From Gemmatimonadales bacterium (lineage in GTDB: Bacteria > Gemmatimonadota > Gemmatimonadetes > Gemmatimonadales > GWC2-71-9), in assembly GCA_039930845.1 (NCBI GenBank), contig JBDTTA010000001.1, positions 1,418 through 65,417 of the forward strand: a stretch of 64,000 nt of DNA. Reading direction: 5' to 3'. Shown piece by piece: positions 38,443 through 44,965 of this stretch; within the stretch, counting starts at the first letter, position 1; every line of letters begins with the position of its first letter. A program made the position numbers and the translations under genes. The notes under the pieces are model-generated. The model worked only from the letters and a program-made list of their open reading frames with translations, was not told where the DNA came from and did not search any database.

Positions 38443-38463
38443 ACATTGGACAAACATTGAACA
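38443..38463. repeat. Tandem ACATTG(G/A)ACA direct repeat in an AT-rich spacer
   Basis: ACATTGGACA (38443-38452) and ACATTGAACA (38454-38463), 11 nt start-to-start. Lies about 90-110 nt upstream of the cysteine desulfurase-like gene start. Confidence 0.35.
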
Positions 38464-38497
38464 GGTGTTCAGGCCCGGTTGGCGCCTGGGCAGGCGC

Positions 38498-38545
38498 GGA
38501 AAACGACGACGGCGGGATCGCCGTGGAGGCGGTCCCGCCGTCGTC
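38498..38545 (-). terminator. Intrinsic terminator immediately downstream of tmRNA
   Basis: 13-bp perfect stem GACGACGGCGGGA / TCCCGCCGTCGTC (38545-38533 and 38517-38505), 15-nt loop, followed on the minus strand by GTTTTCC. Confidence 0.6.
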
Positions 38546-38547
38546 AG

Positions 38548-38911
38548 TGGAGGCGCAGGGAATCGAACCCTGGTCCGAGTAAGCGTCCAGAACAGCGTCT
38601 ACGTGCGTAGGTAGGGCTTTTTGCCGTGGCCTCAGGGCGGTGCCGAACCGACCTCCCCCTGGTCTAGCTCCGTGCAACTCTCGCCATCAGCGTCGGAGCG
38701 ACGCGTCAGGCCAGCCCGGTTTTGCGATTCGACAAGCGGCGCTCCAGGCGGGCTCCACCAGCCGAAGGCGCGTCAAGCGAGTCTAGCTCAGCTTACGCGG
38801 CCAGTGCCAGTTCAGTGTTGGCAGTTAGAACGTTCCAGACGGTTTTACCAGGACTCTGGACCTGGGCACGCTGCCATCCCTTCAACAAACCCGTCGAAGC
38901 CAGTCGCCCCC
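38548..38911 (-). ncRNA. ssrA: Transfer-messenger RNA (tmRNA, SsrA), ~364 nt
   Basis: Minus-strand 5' end GGGGGCGACTGGCTTCGACGGG and 3' end GGACCAGGGTTCGATTCCCTGCGCCTCCA (tRNA-Ala-like T-arm and acceptor with a G3:U pair). Internal tag ORF ...GCC AAC ACT GAA CTG GCA CTG GCC GCG TAA = ANTELALAA* (stop at 38795-38793). Confidence 0.88.
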
Positions 38912-38921
38912 GGGTGTCACA

Positions 38922-38927
38922 AATATA
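38922..38927 (-). promoter_or_regulatory. Candidate -10 box (TATATT) for tmRNA
   Basis: TATATT on the minus strand, 10 nt upstream of the mature 5' end. No convincing -35. Confidence 0.35.
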
Positions 38928-38969
38928 CGCTCACCTCAGACTGGTCGGTAGCCGGAGCCCTCCCATCGG

Positions 38970-38991
38970 CCCTTTCCCCGTTCCCCACCCC
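38970..38991 (-). other. Canonical G-quadruplex motif GGGG-T-GGGG-AAC-GGGG-AAA-GGG
   Basis: Read on the minus strand, starting at the last base of the diguanylate cyclase stop codon. Four G-runs with loops of 1/3/3 nt. Confidence 0.45.
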
Positions 38992-40466
38992 TACGCGCTC
39001 CCGGCGCGCTCCACCCGGTTCCGGCCGGTATTCTTGGCCACGTAGAGGGCGGCGTCGGCCTGACCGGCGAGGTTGGCCAGGCTCTGGCTGGTCTCGGGGC
39101 TGCCCGCCACGCCGAAGGAGGCGGTCATGGGCCAGGCTCGCCCCTGCCAGGACCATGCCGTGGTGCTCAGACTGATGCGGATACGCTCGGCGATGCTCAG
39201 GGCGGCCTCGAGGTCGGTGCCCGGCAGCCAGACGGCAAATTCCTCCCCGCCAATTCGTGCGGCCGAATCCACCCCTCTGATCTGCCCCTGGATGATTCGG
39301 GCGAAATGGGCGAGCGCCGCATCGCCGGCGGGGTGTCCGAGGGTGTCGTTGAGATGCTTGAATTTGTCGAGGTCGGCGTAGACGAGCGCGCCGGTCTTGG
39401 CCGCGCCTTGCCGCGTCATCATTTCCTCGAGCCCCCTGCGGTTGAGCAATCCGGTGAGTCGATCGCCGACGGCGCGGCCGAGATGCTGGTCAACCTTGCG
39501 TGCGCGATAGAGCCGCGGTCCGGCGCTATCAAGCGCGGCGGCGAGCTCGGCCGCGGCCGCGCCGACCGGCTCACGCCCGCCTGGCGGCCAGATCGCCACC
39601 GCCCCGACCGCCTCACCCGCCGACCGAATCTGGCGCAGAAAGACCCCGCTCGACCGCTGGCGCCGATCCGCGACCGCGCCGCCAAGCGGGTCACTGGAAA
39701 TCGATCCGTCGGGGAGGTTTCCGAGAGCGACTTCGCTGAGCGCGCAGCCATCGGGAAGAAGGGTATCCAGCAGCCGGCGATCCGCCTGTCCCGACACACC
39801 GATGACCCGCACGCGGAGGTCGTTGGCTCGCGGATCGCGCACCAGGGTGTCAGGGAGCAGGCGCGCCGCTACGAGTACCTGTGCGTCGAGCGCGCGCTCG
39901 AGCTGATACGCCAGGCGGAGGCCGACGCTGCTCACCGACTCGGGAGAGGCTTCGTCGGCCTGGGCCTGCGCGAGCTCGACGATCTGCGGCCGTCGGCGCA
40001 CGCCGTCGAGCAACCGCTTCAGATCGTCCTCGGCCAGCGAGAGGCGCGCGGCATCGGCCGAGCCCGGAAGCAGGAGGCCTACCGCCGCTCCAGCCGCCGC
40101 GTGGAACACGAGAATGCCGCTCTCCATCCGCTCGACGCCGCTCTGCTCCTGGTCGCGCGCCCGCTCGAGTCTCCGGTCAACGGCTACGATCTGCGCCACC
40201 CCCAGGTGCTCCGCGTCGACGATCCGTTCCGCACGCGGGCCTTCCTCCCGCGGGTCGAGCTCCGCGACCCAGATGCCCAGCGCCTCGTGCGAGCGTCTCA
40301 GCCACTCGAGCGCGGGTTCCGGCAGGAGATGCGGCCCGACGCCCGGCGCCAGCGACACTCCCCCTCTCCGGCGGGCCAGCCGCCAACCCGCGGCCGCGCC
40401 CACCACGAGCGAGAGAAGCAGCGCCAGCAGGGTCACCCCCGTAACCATCCTCTCCGCCGGAACCAC
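38991..40466 (-). CDS. Diguanylate cyclase (GGDEF) with N-terminal TM helix and uncharacterised sensor region
   Basis: 491 aa. C-terminal GGDEF domain RLTGLLNRRGL...YADLDKFKHLNDTLGHPAGD..L......ARIGGEEFAVWLP (GGEEF active site). The start could be ATG 40448. Confidence 0.8.
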   Translation of the reverse strand: MVPAERMVTGVTLLALLLSLVVGAAAGWRLARRRGGVSLAPGVGPHLLPEPALEWLRRSHEALGIWVAELDPREEGPRAERIVDAEHLGVAQIVAVDRRLERARDQEQSGVERMESGILVFHAAAGAAVGLLLPGSADAARLSLAEDDLKRLLDGVRRRPQIVELAQAQADEASPESVSSVGLRLAYQLERALDAQVLVAARLLPDTLVRDPRANDLRVRVIGVSGQADRRLLDTLLPDGCALSEVALGNLPDGSISSDPLGGAVADRRQRSSGVFLRQIRSAGEAVGAVAIWPPGGREPVGAAAAELAAALDSAGPRLYRARKVDQHLGRAVGDRLTGLLNRRGLEEMMTRQGAAKTGALVYADLDKFKHLNDTLGHPAGDAALAHFARIIQGQIRGVDSAARIGGEEFAVWLPGTDLEAALSIAERIRISLSTTAWSWQGRAWPMTASFGVAGSPETSQSLANLAGQADAALYVAKNTGRNRVERAGSA

Positions 40467-41383
40467 AGGAAGATGACGAGCGTCACCACCCCCATCGCCG
40501 CGAGGATGGCGGGATAGCCCCAGTGTTCCCTGAGCTCCGGCATGAACTGGAAGTTCATTCCGTAGACTCCGACGATGAACGTGAGCGGGAGGAAAAAGAC
40601 GCTGAAGACCGTCAGCACCCGCATCACCTCGTTCGTCCGATGCGTCGCGAGGGACAGCTGGATGTTGAGCAAGGTGTTGACGTCATCCAGCAGCTCGTCC
40701 GCATAGAAGTGATAGCTCTCCACATTCTCCTGGACGTCCCGGAAGAGCGAGGCCGCACGTCCGCTCGGTGGCGTCATCCGCTGCACCACTTCGAGGAAGC
40801 GCCAGAGCAGCCGTTTTACCAGTGTCACCTGGCGCTTGATAAGATGGATCTCGCGTAGCGTGGCCGCGAGGGCGGTCGCCGGGGCATCGGTGCTCGCAAA
40901 GACCGATTCCTCGTACCGGTCGATCCGCGCCTCGAGGGCCTCGAGTGGCTGCGAGTAGGTATCGGCCGCCGCATTCAGGAGACGGGTGATGACCCGCGCC
41001 TGCACCGACTCCCGCTCCTTCGCCCCCGCTGTCGACGCGTCGCCGATCAGCCGCTGCTCGATCCGACTCAGCCATCCCTGTTCCTTGCGATGGATGATGA
41101 TCAGGAACGCCGGGGCGTAGAAGACCGCAACCTTCCGGGTCAGCTCCTGGACGGTCGAGCAGGTCGCCGACGACGATTCGTCGTACACGCGGATGATGGC
41201 GAAAGCATAGGTCTCGAACTGCTCGAACTTGGGCAGGTGCTCCGGATCGAGACAGTCCTGGACAGACACACTGTGCAGCCCGTGCGAGGTGGCGATCCCC
41301 GAAAGCTCCTCAGGGGACGGATTCACCACGTCGAGCCATGCGAAGCCCGCGGTCGCCGCCTCCAGCACCGTCCGGACCGTCAT
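40433..41383 (-). CDS. corA: CorA-family divalent cation (Mg/Co/Ni) transporter
   Basis: 316 aa. Two C-terminal TM helices with the GVYGMNF signature. Confidence 0.85.
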   Translation of the reverse strand: MTVRTVLEAATAGFAWLDVVNPSPEELSGIATSHGLHSVSVQDCLDPEHLPKFEQFETYAFAIIRVYDESSSATCSTVQELTRKVAVFYAPAFLIIIHRKEQGWLSRIEQRLIGDASTAGAKERESVQARVITRLLNAAADTYSQPLEALEARIDRYEESVFASTDAPATALAATLREIHLIKRQVTLVKRLLWRFLEVVQRMTPPSGRAASLFRDVQENVESYHFYADELLDDVNTLLNIQLSLATHRTNEVMRVLTVFSVFFLPLTFIVGVYGMNFQFMPELREHWGYPAILAAMGVVTLVIFLWFRRRGWLRG

Positions 41384-42135
41384 GCGCGACAGATCCGGCT
41401 TGCGGCGGCGGCGGCCCCGAACCCGTTGTCAATATTGACGACCGTGACGCCTGCGGCGCAGGAGTTGAGCATCCCCAGCAGCGCCGCGAGGCCGCCGAAG
41501 GCCGCGCCATAGCCGACGCTGGTGGGTACGGCGATGACCGGCGCCGCGACCAGCCCGCCGACCACGCTGGGGAGCGCCCCTTCCATGCCCGCGACGACGA
41601 TGATGACGCTCGCGCGCGCAAGCTGGTCGCCGGCCGCGAGGAGCCGGTGCAATCCGGCGACGCCCACGTCGTTGAGCCGCTCGACGGTATGCCCGAACGC
41701 CTCGGCGACGACGGCGGCCTCCTCCGAAACGGGAAGGTCGCTCGTGCCGGCGGAGATTACGAGAATCGTCGCGGAGCCCGGGGGAGACGCCGATGCCTCA
41801 GGGGGTGGGAGAAATGCGGTGCGTGCCAGTGCATTCCATTCCATGCGAGGGAAGCGCGCCTTGAGCGCGGCGGCGGTGGCTTCGGGAACTCGGGTGCCGA
41901 GGAAGCCTCCGCTTGCCGCCTCGAGCCGCCCGCAGATGGCGACGACCTGATCGGCGGTCTTGCGCTCGCAGAAGACCACTTCAGGCTGACCCTGGCGGAG
42001 TTCGCGATGGTGGTCGATCCGCGCGAAGGGAAGATCTTCGAAGGGGAGGTGGCGCAGCCGGGCTATCGCCTGATCGGGCGCAAGCCGCCCGGCGGCGACG
42101 TCGGCGAGCAAGGCCTCGAGCTGCTCGGCTCTCAC
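41380..42135 (-). CDS. larB: LarB-like PurE-related carboxylase/hydrolase (nickel-pincer cofactor biosynthesis, COG1691 family)
   Basis: 251 aa. N-terminal ...ARIDHHRELRQGQPEVVFCERKT..Q, then a PurE-like fold: ILVISAGTSDLPV.EEA......G......DVGVAGLHRLL......VVAGMEGALPSVVGGL...PVIAVPTSVGYG. Confidence 0.7.
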   Translation of the reverse strand: MRAEQLEALLADVAAGRLAPDQAIARLRHLPFEDLPFARIDHHRELRQGQPEVVFCERKTADQVVAICGRLEAASGGFLGTRVPEATAAALKARFPRMEWNALARTAFLPPPEASASPPGSATILVISAGTSDLPVSEEAAVVAEAFGHTVERLNDVGVAGLHRLLAAGDQLARASVIIVVAGMEGALPSVVGGLVAAPVIAVPTSVGYGAAFGGLAALLGMLNSCAAGVTVVNIDNGFGAAAAASRICRA

Positions 42136-43115
42136 GCCACTGCGGCGACCGGCTCGAGGTAGTCCAGAAAGATGTGCTCCGCCTCCGCGATCGACTCGAT
42201 GGCGAAGAGGCGCTGCCGCAGGTCACTCGCCCCATGCAGGCCCCGGGTGTACCAGCCAAGATGCTTGCGGAACTCGAGCACCGTCCTGCGAGTGTCGCCC
42301 TGGAGACGCAGCGCCAGCCGTGCGTGCGTGAGCGCCACCGCAAAACGTTCAGTCGCGGCCGGGGGCGGGGGCACGGCCTGACCCGAGAGTAGTGCCCGCC
42401 CATCGCGGAAGAGCCACGGATTGCCGAAGGCGCCGCGCCCCACCATCACTCCCGCACACTTTGTATGATCCCGCATCCGGACGATGTCTTCAGCCGACGA
42501 AATATCGCCGTTGCCGATCACCGGAATGTCCAGCGCCTCCACGACGCGGGCGATCTCGTCCCACCGCGCCTTGCCCGAAAACATCTGTGTGCGCGTTCGT
42601 GCGTGCAGCGTGAAGGCCCGCGCGCCCGCATCCTGCATCCGAAGCGCGATGCCGACCGGATCGCGTGTCTCGTCACACCAGCCACTTCTGGTCTTCACCG
42701 TGACCGGAAGGTGGGTGGCGCCGATGACCGCACGAATGATCCGCTGCACCAGGTCGAGATCGCGAAGGCAGCCGGATCCACCGTTCCGGTGCACGACCTT
42801 CTTCACCGGACATCCGAAGTTGATATCGATGAACTCGGGACGGTAATGCTCGGTGATGAGCCCCGCCGCCTCCGCCATCGCGTCCGCGCTCGCGCCGTAG
42901 ATCTGAATGCCGATCGGGCGCTCGACCGCTTCGAACTCGGCGCCCTCCAGGGTGTTCCTGATCCGGCGACGGATGGCCTCGGACGAAAGGAACTCCGACA
43001 ACACGACGTCGGCCCCCAGCGTGCGGCAGATTTGCCGGAAGGGCGCCTCGGACACCCCGGCCATCGGAGCCAGGAGGAGCGGGAATGGTTGGGCGGAGTA
43101 GTAGGGCAACTGCAT
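42132..43115 (-). CDS. dus: tRNA-dihydrouridine synthase
   Basis: Internal ATG 43115 (MQLPYYSAQPFPLLLAPMAGVSE.PFR...). Motifs IDINFGCPVKKV and GNGDI. The ORF-track extension to 43271 overlaps the divergent gene. Confidence 0.85.
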   Translation of the reverse strand: MQLPYYSAQPFPLLLAPMAGVSEAPFRQICRTLGADVVLSEFLSSEAIRRRIRNTLEGAEFEAVERPIGIQIYGASADAMAEAAGLITEHYRPEFIDINFGCPVKKVVHRNGGSGCLRDLDLVQRIIRAVIGATHLPVTVKTRSGWCDETRDPVGIALRMQDAGARAFTLHARTRTQMFSGKARWDEIARVVEALDIPVIGNGDISSAEDIVRMRDHTKCAGVMVGRGAFGNPWLFRDGRALLSGQAVPPPPAATERFAVALTHARLALRLQGDTRRTVLEFRKHLGWYTRGLHGASDLRQRLFAIESIAEAEHIFLDYLEPVAAVA

Positions 43116-43149
43116 GCGAAGAAAATACTTGGCGGTCCGCGGGGTGGCA

Positions 43150-44475
43150 ATGGAACCTGAATTGGAACCCTCAAGCGGAACCTCCCGTATCGCTTGGATG
43201 ACCCTCCTTCTCCTCTGTAGCCTCGCCCTGCTCCAATCCGAGCCGGTGGCCCAGCCCGATCCGGTGATCATTTCGCGCTCCGAGTATCAACTCGCCGTAA
43301 AGGCGTACGAGGGACGCGACTACGCCGACTTCCTCGATCATGCCAGGCGCGCGCAGCAGCTTCGGCCGTCGCATGGCGGTGTCATTTATGGTCTCGCGTC
43401 GGCCTATGCGCTCACCGGCCGCCGCGATAGCGCCATCGGGATGTTGAACCGGTTTGCCACCCTCGGCTATGTCGCGGATGTCGCGGCCGACTCCGATTTC
43501 ATCGCGCTCCGCGGGTCACCCGGATACGCCGGAGTACGCCGTGCGCTGGCATCGAACCACACACCGATCGTGCGAAGCACCGTGGCATTTACCCTTCCCG
43601 AGAAGGATTTGCTGACCGAAGGAATCGCCTACGACCCGTTGAGCAAGGCGTACTTTGTCGGCAGCGTTCATCACCGCAAGATCCTCCGCGTGGCCGGTGA
43701 CGGCACCGTCAGCGAATTCGTTCCCGCGGCCCGCGATGGCATGTGGGCCCCGCTCGGCATGAAAGTCGATGCGGGGCGAAAGGCTCTCTGGGTGGCGGTG
43801 GCCGGCGTGCCCCAGATGCGGGATCACTCCCCGGGAGACCTCGGACGCAGCGGGATTTACCGGTTCGATCTCGCTACCGGCAAACTGACGGGACGATTCC
43901 TCATCCGAGACCGGGCGCCGCACGTACTCGGCGACCTCACCCTCGCTCCCAACGGCGACGTCTATTCGAGCGATAGCCGGGCCCCGATGCTCTGGCGAGT
44001 GCGGGCCGGTGCCGATAGCATCGAGCGCTTCCTCGAATCGCCCCTGCTGCTCTCCGCCCAGGGGCTGGCCGTCACGCCGGACGGCCGCTCGCTCTATCTC
44101 GCCGATTACTCGCGGGGCGTGCTCCGGGTCGATCTGGTCACACGGCGAGTCGCCCTCCTCCCGTGCCGCGCGAGCGTGTTGCCGCTCGGCATCGACGGCC
44201 TGTATCTCGTGGGAGGCCGCCTCATCGGCATTCAGAACGGCATCGAGCCGCATCGAGTCGTTCGGCTCACGCTCGATGCACGAGGCGATAGTCTGATCGG
44301 GATGGAGGTGCTGGAGCGGCTGCATCCGAGTTACGCCGAACCCACGCTGGGTGTCGTGGTCGGAGGCAATCTCTTCTACATTGCCAACAGCCAGTGGGAG
44401 CGCTTCGGTGAAACCGCCGAGATCGCGCATCCCGGCGAGCTACAGCGCCCGACGATTCTCAGACTCCGGCTTTGA
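43150..44475 (+). CDS. Secreted hypothetical protein: TPR-like N-terminal region plus beta-propeller (SMP-30/NHL-like) region
   Basis: Signal-like WMTLLLLCSLALL. Repeated propeller-like strands (GIAYDP...YFVGS, LWVAVAG, GDVYSSDS, LYLADYS, LYLVGG, LFYIANS). The start is uncertain (43114, 43150 or later). Fold assignment is by eye only. Confidence 0.45.
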   Translation: MEPELEPSSGTSRIAWMTLLLLCSLALLQSEPVAQPDPVIISRSEYQLAVKAYEGRDYADFLDHARRAQQLRPSHGGVIYGLASAYALTGRRDSAIGMLNRFATLGYVADVAADSDFIALRGSPGYAGVRRALASNHTPIVRSTVAFTLPEKDLLTEGIAYDPLSKAYFVGSVHHRKILRVAGDGTVSEFVPAARDGMWAPLGMKVDAGRKALWVAVAGVPQMRDHSPGDLGRSGIYRFDLATGKLTGRFLIRDRAPHVLGDLTLAPNGDVYSSDSRAPMLWRVRAGADSIERFLESPLLLSAQGLAVTPDGRSLYLADYSRGVLRVDLVTRRVALLPCRASVLPLGIDGLYLVGGRLIGIQNGIEPHRVVRLTLDARGDSLIGMEVLERLHPSYAEPTLGVVVGGNLFYIANSQWERFGETAEIAHPGELQRPTILRLRL

Positions 44476-44484
44476 CACTCCACC

Positions 44485-44508
44485 GCGGCGGATATAGGTT
44501 GCCGCCGC
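44485..44508 (+). promoter_or_regulatory. GC hairpin abutting the ptsN-like start codon
   Basis: GCGGCGG (44485-44491), 10-nt AT-rich loop (ATATAGGTTG), CCGCCGC (44502-44508). The ATG is at 44510. No obvious Shine-Dalgarno. Confidence 0.3.
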
Positions 44509-44509
44509 C

Positions 44510-44962
44510 ATGCAACTCGTCGATTTCCTCACGCCCGATGCGGTCTCCCTCGACCTGCGCGCAACCACCAAGGACGACATCCTGGTGGAGCTCGTCGCGC
44601 TGCTGCGTCTGGACGACCGCTCCGGCGAGACACTACTGCGCATGCTCCAGCGCCGGGAGACGCTCGGGTCCACCGGAGTGGGACGCGGGATCGCCATCCC
44701 CCACTGCCGCTCGCTCGTCGTCAGCCGCCTGCGACTCGCGTACGGCCACGCACGCACGGCGGTGGACTTTCAGGCGATCGACGCGGGCCCCGTGTCCGAT
44801 TTCTTTCTCATCGTGGCGCCGCCAACCGAAGTCTCCAACCAGTACCTTCCGGTGCTGGGGAGGATTGCCCAGTTCGCCAAGGAAGGGGACGTGCCGGCCC
44901 GCCTTGCCACCCTGCCCACGCCCGAGGCATTTTTCGATCTGCTCAGGGAGAAAGGAGTGTAG
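44510..44962 (+). CDS. ptsN: PTS EIIA type-2 domain protein (PtsN / EIIA-Ntr-like)
   Basis: 150 aa: ...R..LGSTGVGRGIAIPHCR (phosphorylatable His context)...F.L.VAP. Confidence 0.7.
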   Translation: MQLVDFLTPDAVSLDLRATTKDDILVELVALLRLDDRSGETLLRMLQRRETLGSTGVGRGIAIPHCRSLVVSRLRLAYGHARTAVDFQAIDAGPVSDFFLIVAPPTEVSNQYLPVLGRIAQFAKEGDVPARLATLPTPEAFFDLLREKGV

Positions 44963-44965
44963 GAC

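Noticed and set aside
37116-38548. Possible genomic island integrated at the tmRNA 3' end. tmRNA genes are classic att sites, and a 9-nt copy of the tmRNA terminus (GTGGAGGCG) lies 24 nt downstream.
   Set aside because: There is no integrase, excisionase or phage/plasmid gene on either side. The repeat is only 9 nt and sits in the terminator loop. Flanking genes are ordinary housekeeping genes with the same composition.
38399-39175. ORF-track entries 38399-38677 (minus), 38621-39175 (plus), 38722-39045 (plus) and 38917-39156 (minus).
   Set aside because: They cover the tmRNA gene, its terminator and the flanking spacer. The tmRNA ends and tag frame explain the region, and the peptide sequences look non-coding.
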